From Synechococcus elongatus PCC 6301 (GTDB taxonomy: Bacteria > Cyanobacteriota > Cyanobacteriia > Synechococcales > Synechococcaceae): a stretch of 32,000 bases of DNA. The position numbers and the translations under genes were made by a program. Positions 9,669 through 19,166 of this stretch are shown piece by piece. The DNA is taken from NCBI RefSeq assembly GCF_000010065.1, contig NC_006576.1, positions 630,001 to 662,000 on the forward strand. Direction: 5' to 3'. The notes beneath the pieces were generated by a model. The model worked only from the letters and a program-made list of their open reading frames with translations. It was not told the origin of the DNA and made no database searches. Each line of letters starts with the position of its first letter. The first letter of the stretch is position 1.

Positions 9669-11048
9669 ATGAGAGTCAGTGTGATTGGAACCGGCTATGT
9701 CGGCCTCGTGACCGGCACTTGTCTGGCACATATTGGCCATGAGGTGCTCTGCATCGACAACAACACCGCCAAGATCGAGCAGATTCAGGCGGGTCAAATC
9801 CCAATCTATGAGCCGGGACTAGAAGATCTGATTCAACGAGCGACAGCGGCCGGACGGCTGCAGTTCAGTACAGATTTGGCTGCTGGCGTCGCTCATGCTG
9901 AGGTGATTTTTATCGCCGTGGGAACGCCGCCTCTGCCCAACGGCGAAGCTGATATGCGCTTTGTGGAAGCAGTAGCGCGGGGCATTGGGGAACATTTGGA
10001 TGGCGAAACCTATCGGGTGATTGTCAATAAATCGACGGTGCCGATTGGCTCGGGCGATTGGGTGCGGATGTTGATACTCGATGGCATGTTGGCGCGACGA
10101 CAGGCCTTAGTCCCAGTTGGGGCGGCGATCGCTGATAGCGAGGATTTGCCCCAAGGTTGTTTTGATGTGGTCAGCAATCCGGAGTTCCTGCGGGAAGGCA
10201 CAGCGATTTACGACACCTTCAACCCCGATCGTATTGTTCTGGGGGGCAGCAGCGATCGCGCCTTTGCCAAGATGCAGGAACTCTACGAACCGATTGTGCA
10301 GCGCCAGTTTGCCGTCGATCGCGATCGCCCACCCGTGCCGGTGCTGCGAACGGATCTGGGTTCGGCCGAAATGATCAAATATGCAGCCAATGCTTTTCTG
10401 GCGACCAAAATCAGCTTCATCAATGAAGTCGCCAACATCTGCGATCGCGTCGGCGCGGACGTTGTCCAAGTTGCCAAAGGGATGGGACTGGATGCGCGGA
10501 TTGGCAGCCGCTTCCTCAATGCTGGCTTGGGCTGGGGTGGTTCTTGTTTTCCCAAGGATGTCTCGGCCTTGGTCCACATCGCCCAGGACTATGGCTATCC
10601 GGCTGCCTTGCTAGAAGCCACGATCGCGGTCAATCAACGTCAGAGGCTGATCTTGCTGGAGAAGCTGCAGCAGGAACTAAAAATTCTCAAGGGCAAAACG
10701 ATCGGTCTGCTGGGGCTAACCTTTAAGCCCGATACCGATGACCTACGCGATGCTCCCTCCCTGACCTTGGCCGAGCAGTTGTTGCGGCTAGGTGCCAAGG
10801 TCAAAGCCTATGACCCGATCGTCAAAACGGCCCCGATCGCGGGTCTGGAAATTACAACCTCCCCCCTCGATCTCGCCAGCGGCTGTGATGCCTTGGCTCT
10901 CGTGACGGAATGGCAAGAGTTTCAGGAGCTGGACTACCTGCCCTTGGCTGCCCGAATGCGGCGACCGCTGATCATTGATGGCCGCAACTGCCTCGATCGC
11001 GATCGCCTTCAGATGCAGGGCTTCCGCTACATCGGGATCGGTCGCTAA
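9669..11048 (+). CDS. ugd: UDP-glucose 6-dehydrogenase
   Basis: [32 protein letters not shown]; [26 protein letters not shown]; [16 protein letters not shown]; [17 protein letters not shown]. Confidence 0.93.
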   Translation: MRVSVIGTGYVGLVTGTCLAHIGHEVLCIDNNTAKIEQIQAGQIPIYEPGLEDLIQRATAAGRLQFSTDLAAGVAHAEVIFIAVGTPPLPNGEADMRFVEAVARGIGEHLDGETYRVIVNKSTVPIGSGDWVRMLILDGMLARRQALVPVGAAIADSEDLPQGCFDVVSNPEFLREGTAIYDTFNPDRIVLGGSSDRAFAKMQELYEPIVQRQFAVDRDRPPVPVLRTDLGSAEMIKYAANAFLATKISFINEVANICDRVGADVVQVAKGMGLDARIGSRFLNAGLGWGGSCFPKDVSALVHIAQDYGYPAALLEATIAVNQRQRLILLEKLQQELKILKGKTIGLLGLTFKPDTDDLRDAPSLTLAEQLLRLGAKVKAYDPIVKTAPIAGLEITTSPLDLASGCDALALVTEWQEFQELDYLPLAARMRRPLIIDGRNCLDRDRLQMQGFRYIGIGR

Positions 11049-11437
11049 GGCAGCACCGCAATACAGTCGATTTCGACTTTGGCGTCCTTGGGTAAGCGAG
11101 CGGCTTGTACACAGGCGCGGGCGGGTGCTGTTGCTTCGTCGAACACCGTCGCGTAGATGGCGTTGACGCGGGCGAAATCTTCCATATCCGCCAGAAAGAC
11201 GGTGGTGCGCACCACATCACCAAAGCTGGCCCCAGCTGCGGCTAACACCGCTTTGAGGTTGCTCAGAACTTGGTGGGTCTGGACTTCTACATCGTCGCCA
11301 CCGACCATCGTTCCTGTGGCTGGATCGAGGGCGATTTGGCCCGAGACGAACAACATCCGCCCACTCGCCGCGATCGCTTGGCTATAGGGGCCAACAGGTG
11401 CCGGGGCTTGGTCGGTATAGAAGACTTCGCGGGTCAT
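11045..11437 (-). CDS. RidA/YjgF/UK114 family reactive intermediate deaminase
   Basis: [32 protein letters not shown]...[24 protein letters not shown]. Confidence 0.96.
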   Translation of the reverse strand: MTREVFYTDQAPAPVGPYSQAIAASGRMLFVSGQIALDPATGTMVGGDDVEVQTHQVLSNLKAVLAAAGASFGDVVRTTVFLADMEDFARVNAIYATVFDEATAPARACVQAARLPKDAKVEIDCIAVLP

Positions 11438-11646
11438 ACGGTCATTGCTGAAACTTGCTTTGCCATTGTCTCGCTTGGCGTGAATTCCCAGAGGTGGAGC
11501 GATCGCAGCAGACTGAGATCAAATGTCATGAAATTCTGACATTAATGGTGCCAAACGGGCTTTTGCAGTCAGAAAGTCTTGGCTGGACTGGAATTTCTCT
11601 TGATCCCCAACCAAAGCTGCGGCAAGGTAGAAGCGTCGCATCCCCC

Positions 11647-12903
11647 ATGCTTATGTCTAAATCACCCTATCCACTGGAGCAGATGACCCTGCGACAGTTG
11701 CGACGCGTTGCCAGCGAATATGGCGTGTCGCGCTACAGCCGCATGCGTAAGTCTGAGTTAATTGCCGCCATTCAAAAAATTGAGGCAAATAGCGCCGTGC
11801 ATACTAGCCCTTCCCCCAGCAGCGATCGCCAAGAAGAAGTCGAAGCCACGAAATATGACGTGGGACAACCGCAGCCGGTTGAACCGATCGAGCTGACGGG
11901 TGTCGATGCAGAGCTGCCCGATCTGCCGGAAGGCTACGGCGAAAGCCGCATTGTCCTGCTGCCTCGCGACCCGCAGTGGGCCTATGTGTACTGGGATGTG
12001 CCGGGCGATCATAAGCAAGCACTCAAATCACAAGGGGGACAACTACTAGCGCTGCGCTTCTACGACGTCACAGATCTTGATCTCAACTATCAATCCCCCC
12101 ACAGCTTGCAGGAATATCCCTGCGATGAGCTGGCGCGGGATTGGTACCTGCCCGTACCGGTAAGCGATCGTGATTACTTGGTAGAAATCGGCTACCGCGC
12201 TGCAGATGGCCGCTGGTTGTTGCTGGCTCGCTCTGCACCTGTGCGCGTACCGCCGGTCTATCCCTCCGACTGGATCGAAGATCACTTCATCACCGTCAAC
12301 TGGGACGAAGACCTGCGAGGTCAAACCGTCTTCCAACTGGTGCCCCCCAGTCAAAAAGCCAGCTTGGCCAGCAGTGGCGGCGCTGCGCCTGGGCCCGGAA
12401 CCGTCAGCGACGAAATCTTTGCCCTGTCGGAAGGGGCCGAGTCGATGCGCTTGGCGGGCTCGCTCTACGGTTCGCAGCACATGCGTCCGGTTCATGAAGA
12501 AACCCTCAGCTCCTACGTTTTCCCCTCGGGTGTGGGCATGTGGGCGCTGCCAACGGCTTCCGGCTTGACTCAGTCGGGCGTCGGCATGGTCGGGTTCTCG
12601 GCGTCGCTGCCGCTGGAGCGGCAACCGCGCAAATTCTGGCTGGTCGCGGATGCTGAGCTGATCATCTACGGGGCCACGGAACCGGATGCCACGGTCACAA
12701 TCGGCGGCAAAGAGATCAAACTCAGCCCCGATGGCACTTTCCGCTTCCAGATGTCCTTCCAAGACGGCGTGCTGGACTTCCCAATCGAAGCCGTCGCTGT
12801 CGATGGCGAACAAACGCGATCGATTCGCATGACCTTCAACCGCGAAACCACCAACCGCCGCACTAACACCAAGGAAGAAGCCCAACTGGAATGGTTCCAG
12901 TAG
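11647..12903 (+). CDS. SAP/Rho-N-like N-terminus plus DUF4912-like protein
   Basis: YPLEQMTLRQLRRVASEYGVSRYSRMRKSELIAAI (Rho-N/SAP-like), then ESRIVLLPRDPQWAYVYWDVP...LRFYDVTDLD (DUF4912 style). Start placed at ATG 11647 or 11653; the track start at 11455 is likely too far upstream. Confidence 0.75.
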   Translation: MLMSKSPYPLEQMTLRQLRRVASEYGVSRYSRMRKSELIAAIQKIEANSAVHTSPSPSSDRQEEVEATKYDVGQPQPVEPIELTGVDAELPDLPEGYGESRIVLLPRDPQWAYVYWDVPGDHKQALKSQGGQLLALRFYDVTDLDLNYQSPHSLQEYPCDELARDWYLPVPVSDRDYLVEIGYRAADGRWLLLARSAPVRVPPVYPSDWIEDHFITVNWDEDLRGQTVFQLVPPSQKASLASSGGAAPGPGTVSDEIFALSEGAESMRLAGSLYGSQHMRPVHEETLSSYVFPSGVGMWALPTASGLTQSGVGMVGFSASLPLERQPRKFWLVADAELIIYGATEPDATVTIGGKEIKLSPDGTFRFQMSFQDGVLDFPIEAVAVDGEQTRSIRMTFNRETTNRRTNTKEEAQLEWFQ

Positions 12904-12923
12904 ATTCCTTCTGAATTGCAGCT

Positions 12924-14495
12924 CTAGCGCTGTAACAAACCCGCTGGCTCCGGCTGGCGGGTTTTTGCTGGCTGGACTTCAGGATGCTGCGCCAGAATTT
13001 GTCGCATCACCGTTTGGGCCGAATAGCTGACGCCGGCAGTGCCTTCGCCAGGATGGGTGGAGTCGCCGACCAGCCAGAGATTTTTCACCGGCGTGCGATT
13101 GGCAAAGCCGAAGGGCCCAAAGGTACTCACTCGCATGCCTAACCCCCCGACACTGCCACGATCGCGATCGGTGTAGCGGGCAAAGGTACGCGGCGTCCCA
13201 GCTTCCACATGACGGAGATGCTCAGGCCGCAGGTCGAAATATTGACCCAGGCGCGCCAACATTGTCTCGGTGTAGTCCTGCTTGAGAGCAGCGTAGTCTT
13301 CGGTCTGGCTCCAGCGATCGAGATCCGTGAAAGTCGAAGCAACGATCGTGGCTTGTCCCGCGGGTGCCCGACCATCATCGGGGCGACTGACAGAAACGAA
13401 GAGGGAATTGTTTTCGCCAAGAGGGCCTGCCGGATCAAACAGGAATTGCAGGTGGGGCGGACAGTCCACCGGAAGAGCGGCAGCATCCACGCCAAGGTAG
13501 AGGACAAACGCGCCAGAGGGAGTGGGAGTTTTCGCTAGGCGCTGTTGATAGCCGTTCAAGGCCGGTAGGGTTTCGACCGCTGATCCGAGGAGCCGTAGTA
13601 AATCCGCAGCAGTGACATTGGCGACGACATGATCCGCCGCGATCGCTTCGACAGACTGCGTCCGTTGATCACGCACTCGGATGCCCCGCACGCGATCGCC
13701 CATGGTTTCGATCGCTTCTACCCGTTGCCGGTAGCGAATTTGGCCGCCGTGCTTCTCCAGCCCTTCCAGCAGGCGATCGCTGAGGACTTGCATGCTGCCT
13801 TCGAGGTGATAGAGCCCGTAGGGCGCTTGCGAGAGAGCCAAGGCAGTCGCAGCGTAGAGCACTGCTGTTTCATCGGCACCGCACTGGGAATAGAGCTTGA
13901 GCTGAATATCCAGAAACGTCTTGAGGCGGCGATCGCCCCCCAGACCCAGCAGATTCAAGACCTGCCCGACGGTCAGCAGCGCATAGGGTGCCGTCAGCAA
14001 GGTTTCGGGGCGCACTGCGCTAATCAACTGCTGCAAATCCCAAAGGTTGCGCGGCGGCAACACTGGCTGACGCTGTTGAAATTGCCAGCCCAACTGAAAG
14101 AGCTGCTGCATCAACGACCAGAACGGTTCACTGCCAGGAAACCAACGCTCTCGTTCTGCTTTCCAGCGATCGCGATCGTGCCAAACGCGCACGGGTTCCG
14201 ATTCGCCGGGGAGCCAAACCGCGCAGGCTGGATCGCAAATTTTGGCTACCGGTAATTCCAGTCCCAGTTCCGCGAAGATTTGGGCGTGAATACCACCCGG
14301 TTCCAAGCCTGCAACTTGAGTCGCCCCGACGTCGAAGGTGAAGCCACGCCGCCGAAAAGTCGAAGCACATCCACCCGCGATCGCGGCTTGTTCATAAACC
14401 GTGACGGTGAAGCCTCGCGCTGCTAGGAGCGCTGCCGCCGTTAAACCGCCAATGCCTGCACCAATGACCGCAACCGAAGGAGGCTCAACAGGCAT
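12924..14495 (-). CDS. Carotenoid desaturase/isomerase-type FAD oxidoreductase (CrtD-like; CrtH family is the alternative)
   Basis: VAVIGAGIGGLTAAALLAARGFTVTVYEQAAIAGGCASTFRRRGFTFDVGATQVAGLEPGG; C-term LWLVGDSTHPGEGTAGVSYSAQ. Confidence 0.88.
   Translation of the reverse strand: MPVEPPSVAVIGAGIGGLTAAALLAARGFTVTVYEQAAIAGGCASTFRRRGFTFDVGATQVAGLEPGGIHAQIFAELGLELPVAKICDPACAVWLPGESEPVRVWHDRDRWKAERERWFPGSEPFWSLMQQLFQLGWQFQQRQPVLPPRNLWDLQQLISAVRPETLLTAPYALLTVGQVLNLLGLGGDRRLKTFLDIQLKLYSQCGADETAVLYAATALALSQAPYGLYHLEGSMQVLSDRLLEGLEKHGGQIRYRQRVEAIETMGDRVRGIRVRDQRTQSVEAIAADHVVANVTAADLLRLLGSAVETLPALNGYQQRLAKTPTPSGAFVLYLGVDAAALPVDCPPHLQFLFDPAGPLGENNSLFVSVSRPDDGRAPAGQATIVASTFTDLDRWSQTEDYAALKQDYTETMLARLGQYFDLRPEHLRHVEAGTPRTFARYTDRDRGSVGGLGMRVSTFGPFGFANRTPVKNLWLVGDSTHPGEGTAGVSYSAQTVMRQILAQHPEVQPAKTRQPEPAGLLQR
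12938..12966 (+). terminator. Terminator-like hairpin for the DUF4912 gene, located inside the 3' end of the convergent oxidoreductase CDS
   Basis: ACCCGCTGGC..GGCTGGCGGGT stem (two wobbles) followed by TTTTT. Confidence 0.65.
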
Positions 14496-14610
14496 GGCAA
14501 GAGTTAGAAAACTTTACATTTTCTACTCTAGCGATCGCAGCAGGCACAGAATGCAGCGATTAATGTAACGGAATCGTTAGGATTAGCTCGAATCCGTGCT
14601 TCCAGACCTG

Positions 14611-15438
14611 ATGAACAACCTGACACGCCGCCAATTTCTGGCGACTGCCACCCTTGCGACTGGCTTTGCCCTGGCGGCCCGGCCGATCTCAGCTGCTGTC
14701 ATCAAAACCGATAGCAAGGGGCTAGAGACGGGCACGGCCCAAATTCCAACCGCTGATGGACTCCTTCCTGCCTACTGGGCGCGCCCAACTAGTGGTCAAG
14801 TCTTCCCGATCGTGTTGGTCGTGCAAGAAATCTTCGGCGTCCACGAGCATATTCAGGATGTCTGTCGCCGCTTTGCCAAACTGGGTTATCTGGCGATCGC
14901 TCCAGAGCTGTTTGTGCGGCAGGGCGATGTTTCCAAGTTGGAGAGCATCGACGAAATCCGCAAGATTGTCAGCAAAGTGCCGGATGCGCAGGTGATGGCG
15001 GATCTCGATGCCACCGTTGCTTGGGCATCAACCCAAAAAGGCGATCGCGATCGCCTCGCAATTACCGGTTTCTGCTGGGGTGGCCGCATCACCTGGCTTT
15101 ATGCCGCCCACAATCCGCAGGTGAAAACCGGCGCGGCTTGGTACGGACGCCTAGTTGGAAACTCGACTGAACTGACGCCCAAACACCCAGTCGATGTCGC
15201 TGCCGAATTGAAGGTTCCAGTCCTGGGGCTCTACGGTGGCGAGGATACAGGCATTCCGTTAGGTACCGTTCAACAGATGCGCGATCGCCTCAAGACCGGT
15301 TCGAGCAAGTCGGCAATCATTGTCTACGAAGGAGCACCCCATGCCTTCTTCGCAGACTACCGCCCCTCCTATCGTCAAGGCGATGCGCAGGATGCTTGGC
15401 AACGGCTACAGACTTGGTTTAAACAGCACGGCGTTTAG
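14611..15438 (+). CDS. Dienelactone hydrolase family protein with Tat signal peptide
   Basis: [28 protein letters not shown] (twin-arginine signal); [79 protein letters not shown] start at 14596 is also possible. Confidence 0.92.
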   Translation: MNNLTRRQFLATATLATGFALAARPISAAVIKTDSKGLETGTAQIPTADGLLPAYWARPTSGQVFPIVLVVQEIFGVHEHIQDVCRRFAKLGYLAIAPELFVRQGDVSKLESIDEIRKIVSKVPDAQVMADLDATVAWASTQKGDRDRLAITGFCWGGRITWLYAAHNPQVKTGAAWYGRLVGNSTELTPKHPVDVAAELKVPVLGLYGGEDTGIPLGTVQQMRDRLKTGSSKSAIIVYEGAPHAFFADYRPSYRQGDAQDAWQRLQTWFKQHGV

Positions 15439-15474
15439 ATAGCGGACTCAAGATATTGAGCGATCGCCACGACC

Positions 15475-15687
15475 ATGAACCCGCCCGTAGTAGTGCTTGC
15501 AGCCGCAACAACCGGCTGGGCGATCGCGATCGGGACGCAGAAATCCGGCTTGAGCCAACAAGATTTGCTGCCGGCGATCGCGGAGTCGCCGACGATTCTC
15601 CAAGCGATAACGCAGGCGCGGCAGTGCATTCCAACTCAGATCAGCGGCATCCATTCTGGACATCCCGCAGCAGTGATCTCAGTCTAG
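15475..15687 (+). CDS. Hypothetical small protein (70 aa)
   Basis: ATG ORF with hydrophobic start MNPPVVVLAAATTGWAIAIG in the gap between two genes; competing ORFs on both strands, no homology recognised. Confidence 0.25.
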   Translation: MNPPVVVLAAATTGWAIAIGTQKSGLSQQDLLPAIAESPTILQAITQARQCIPTQISGIHSGHPAAVISV

Positions 15688-15744
15688 AAGTTCTGTCTTG
15701 CCTGCGATTGTCTGATTCGCAACCGAGGAAAAACCCTTGAGCGT

Positions 15745-16707
15745 CTAAGCTTCAGGGCGAACAGTCGCGAAAATCTCGTCGAGAATTTCCTTCGCACCTT
15801 GGGCTTTGAGCTGAGCAGCTAGCGCCAAGCCCAGTGCCTCTGGATCGCTGGTGGGGCCGCTGACTTGATCGCGCAGTAGGCGTTGGCCATCCAAGCTAGC
15901 GACCATGCCCGTCAGGGTCAGGGTGCCATCCGCGATCGCGGTGTTGACGCCGATCGGGACTTGGCAGCCGCCTTCCAGTTCCCGCAGGAAGGCCCGTTCT
16001 GCCAAACAACGCTGCGACGTGGGTTCGTGCTCTAGCGCTTTGAGCAGTTCTAGGATTTCGGGATCTTCAGCGCGGCATTCGATCCCCAGCGCGCCTTGAC
16101 CCACGGCATGGAGCGAGACTGCTGCGGGAATCAACTGGTGAATGCGATCGGCCATGCTCAGGCGTTGCAAGCCAGCCGCTGCCAGAATCAGCGCATCGTA
16201 TTCACCGGCATCCAATTTGGCGAGGCGGGTGTTGAGGTTACCCCGCACATCCTTGAACTGCAGGTGTGGATAGTGGTGGCGTAACTGAGCCAAACGGCGC
16301 AGCGACGAGGTGCCAATCACGGTGCCTTCGGGCAGAGTTTCGAGCTGATGATCCTTGAAGCGATCGTGGACGACCAGGGCATCCGCCGGATCTTCCCGCT
16401 CGGTGACACAGCCAAGGATTAAGCCTTCGGGCAGGCGCGTCGGCAAATCTTTGAGAGAGTGGACGGCAAAATCCACTTCGCCCGCCAGCATGGCAACTTC
16501 TAGTTCTTTGGTGAACAATCCTTTGTCACCAATCTTGGCCAGCGCCACATCCAGAATGATGTCGCCTTGGGTACTCATCGTCTGCACATCGAACTGGCGA
16601 TCGGGATAGAGCCGTTGCAGTTCGCCTTGCACCCAGTGGGTTTGCACCAAGGCTAGTTGGCTTTTGCGAGAGCCAATACGAATCGGACGGGCAGGGCTGG
16701 AGACCAT
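15745..16707 (-). CDS. hemC: Porphobilinogen deaminase (hydroxymethylbilane synthase)
   Basis: [87 protein letters not shown]. Confidence 0.98.
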   Translation of the reverse strand: MVSSPARPIRIGSRKSQLALVQTHWVQGELQRLYPDRQFDVQTMSTQGDIILDVALAKIGDKGLFTKELEVAMLAGEVDFAVHSLKDLPTRLPEGLILGCVTEREDPADALVVHDRFKDHQLETLPEGTVIGTSSLRRLAQLRHHYPHLQFKDVRGNLNTRLAKLDAGEYDALILAAAGLQRLSMADRIHQLIPAAVSLHAVGQGALGIECRAEDPEILELLKALEHEPTSQRCLAERAFLRELEGGCQVPIGVNTAIADGTLTLTGMVASLDGQRLLRDQVSGPTSDPEALGLALAAQLKAQGAKEILDEIFATVRPEA

Positions 16708-16859
16708 GGAATATCAGCAGTGGAGAGCAGCGGCCAAGCAAGGCCCTTAATCAGATTACCGTTTCGAGCGATCGCCCACTCCCGCAGCCGTGCGATCGCT
16801 GCTCCGACTATCCCTAGGTGAGCCACCCTCTAGGATCAGGACAAAGACGAGGGATTGGG

Positions 16860-17447
16860 ATGCAGGTTGCGGAGATTAGCCCCCTATTGATCGAACTGTT
16901 CGGTGCTGATCGGCTCGAGGCCAATCCGCCGGAAAGTTGGCAAATCCAGACGCCGGAATGTCGTCTGTTGCTGCTGTTGTCGGCCAGTGGTGAATGGCTC
17001 CGCGTGCTGTTACCCCTGTTGCCCGCCGTTGATGCTGCCCCCTTTCACAGGCAAATCCTCGAGGCGAATTTTGATGCCACAGGGCCAGTGCGCCATGCCC
17101 TGCATCAAAACGTCCTCTGGGGGGTGTTTCAGCATGACCTCGCCAGCTTGACCAGCGGTGATCTCTACCAAGCGATCGCTAGTCTCTTTGATTTAGCGCA
17201 GCGGGGCTTAGATCCGTTCTTCACAGCCTTGGCAGAAACGCAGCTGCGGCAGATTGTGCGAGCCGCCAAACAGCAGGGACAGTCTTTACCCGCGACCTTG
17301 CAGACCCTCACCCATCTCTACGAAGAAGGCGTTCTGGGGGATCTTAGCAACGGCCCCGAAATTCGCCGTTTCACCCTTGATCGCTGGCGTGAACAATTGG
17401 AGCGACTCTGGCCAGAAGTGGAGGTGGACAGCTGGGAGCAGTCCTGA
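16860..17447 (+). CDS. Conserved-looking hypothetical protein (about 195 aa)
   Basis: MQVAEISPLLIELFGADRLEANPPESWQIQTPECRLLLLLSASGEWLRVLLPLL...; no named domain recognised. ATG 16860 is preferred over the upstream track start at 16818. Confidence 0.7.
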   Translation: MQVAEISPLLIELFGADRLEANPPESWQIQTPECRLLLLLSASGEWLRVLLPLLPAVDAAPFHRQILEANFDATGPVRHALHQNVLWGVFQHDLASLTSGDLYQAIASLFDLAQRGLDPFFTALAETQLRQIVRAAKQQGQSLPATLQTLTHLYEEGVLGDLSNGPEIRRFTLDRWREQLERLWPEVEVDSWEQS

Positions 17448-17455
17448 GCAAGGGA

Positions 17456-18418
17456 CTAAACCAGTTCAAGCAGGGGTTGCTGAGCCTGTAGCGCTGCCAC
17501 AATTGCCTCGTGGCAGGCGGCATTGCTGGCGGCGATGCCCTGGTTATTGAAGAGCTTGCTGCCCGCCCCAAAGTCTAGCGATCGCCCAGTTTGATCGCTA
17601 ACACGGCCGCCCGCTTCTTGGAGCAGCAACACCCCCGCTGCATGGTCCCAAATGTTCTCGCGGCGATCGCTTGCGGGATTGACCAGCCGTAAGTAGAGGT
17701 CTGCTTCACCGCGGGCAATCAGCGCGTATTTGACCAAGCTATCGACGGCTCGCGCTGGGGTCACCAATCCCGCCCGAGTGGCGATCGCATCCTGCCAAGC
17801 AGGATGGCCGTGTTCCCGTTCCACACTTTCGAGGCGGAGGGCAGCAGCAGCCTGGCGATCGCTAACTTGCAGTGGAATGACGTGATCGCCTTGGATTTGC
17901 CAAGCACCTTGACCCCGTACGGCAGCAAAGAGAGCCCCATCTGGGCCATCGAGGGCCGGCGCGGCGATCGCCGCTACTTCTACCTGTCCGTCCACAATCA
18001 AAGCCAGCGCGATCGCATACTGATCGCCGCGTACATAGCCTTTGGTGCCGTCAATAGGGTCGAGAGTCCAGAAGCGATCGCCGGGTTGACCTTTGCCTTG
18101 CTGAATCCAAGCCGCCACAGTTTCAGCAGAGACTTGCGATCGCTGTAGCCGGACATAGTCGGTAATCTGATCCAGCACATCGTCTGCTAGCAAACTGGCA
18201 TCTTCTTCTCCCACCAGCGGATCCGCAGGGAAAGTTTCACTGAGATGCGCCGCAATCAGGGCTTGGGCACCGTAGTCCGCTACAGTCACCGGACTTTGAT
18301 CGGGTTTGCGCAGGGCGGTGGCTTGGCGATCGTGGCGCACCGTTTGGCAGAGGTGGGCAGCCGCTTGCACCGCAGTCAGAGCGGCGTGGAGTTCAAGACA
18401 GTCAGGCAGCAAGGTCAC
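17456..18418 (-). CDS. Inositol monophosphatase-fold 3'(2'),5'-bisphosphate nucleotidase-like protein
   Basis: PVTVADYGAQALI, PLVGEEDAS, FWTLDPIDGTKGYVRGDQYAIALALI, WDHAAGVLLLQEAGGRVSD. Confidence 0.92.
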   Translation of the reverse strand: MTLLPDCLELHAALTAVQAAAHLCQTVRHDRQATALRKPDQSPVTVADYGAQALIAAHLSETFPADPLVGEEDASLLADDVLDQITDYVRLQRSQVSAETVAAWIQQGKGQPGDRFWTLDPIDGTKGYVRGDQYAIALALIVDGQVEVAAIAAPALDGPDGALFAAVRGQGAWQIQGDHVIPLQVSDRQAAAALRLESVEREHGHPAWQDAIATRAGLVTPARAVDSLVKYALIARGEADLYLRLVNPASDRRENIWDHAAGVLLLQEAGGRVSDQTGRSLDFGAGSKLFNNQGIAASNAACHEAIVAALQAQQPLLELV

Positions 18419-18431
18419 ACACGGGCTCAGG

Positions 18432-18956
18432 TTAGGTGGCGGGCGTCGAAGTGCCGCGGGGTTGTTCCGCAGGCGGGGCAGCTTTGGGAGGTGTCGCCGC
18501 AGGCGCTTTCATTTCCGGCACGATCGGGAAGCCCCGCCCAAAACACATGTTGCCGAACCGGAAACAACCGCTGGCTTCCAGTTCCAGCCAGGTTGGTTGG
18601 GTTTCGAGCCAGCGTTTCCCCGTCGGGTCATACCAGCGCCATTCCCCTGTCTGCGATCGGCTAAAGTCACTGAGTCCGCCGTAGCTCCACTTGATCTGCA
18701 CTCCGCTGGGATAGGGCTGCTTGCTGGTGTAGATCGAGACAATTTCGCAGTCGTAGGGCTTGAGCGACTCTGGATCGCGGCCGATATAGCACTTGGAAGG
18801 GGTCCGCGCCAGCTCCCGAATTTGGGGTGGCTGAGCGGGTGGGGTCGGCGGTGTGGCGGCCGGTGGAGTCTGGGCGATCGCAGCTACAGCAGTACCCAGG
18901 CTAATTCCTAGGGTAAAAACAAAGGTTTGAGCGATCGATCGAAGCATCATCTGCAA
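18432..18956 (-). CDS. Hypothetical exported protein with Pro/Ala-rich segments
   Basis: N-term signal-like MMLRSIAQTFVFTLGISLGTAVAAIAQ, then PPAATPPTPPAQPP; C-term PPKAAPPAEQPRGTSTPAT. Confidence 0.7.
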   Translation of the reverse strand: MQMMLRSIAQTFVFTLGISLGTAVAAIAQTPPAATPPTPPAQPPQIRELARTPSKCYIGRDPESLKPYDCEIVSIYTSKQPYPSGVQIKWSYGGLSDFSRSQTGEWRWYDPTGKRWLETQPTWLELEASGCFRFGNMCFGRGFPIVPEMKAPAATPPKAAPPAEQPRGTSTPAT

Positions 18957-19166
18957 GGTCTCCAGTCGCGTCTGGCAGATTGTTCCAAGCCACTGCTCAG
19001 GGAGGAATTGACCTTGATTTTGACATCCGATCGCAGTCTCTGACTGTTTGGATTGTGACGATCGCTCCGCAACTCAGCCTAAGATCGACAGAAAGTTGGG
19101 GCAGCTCACCGCCGTCATTGCAGTGCGCGTTGTCCCCTTTCTACTGAGGCCCTAGTCCGTCTTCGG

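Noticed and set aside
12046-12885. 279-aa ORF antisense to the DUF4912-like gene
   Set aside because: Length alone is suspicious, but it has no recognisable motifs and mirrors the codon pattern of the opposite gene. RNA-seq or ribosome profiling would be needed to revive it.
15435-15740. Competing short ORFs on both strands between the dienelactone hydrolase gene and hemC
   Set aside because: Overlapping candidates with no distinguishing evidence; only the 15475 ORF is kept, at low confidence.
18245-18911. Plus-strand ORFs of 139 and 201 aa between 18245 and 18911
   Set aside because: They cross two minus-strand genes antisense, are R/G/A-rich, and look like shadow ORFs.
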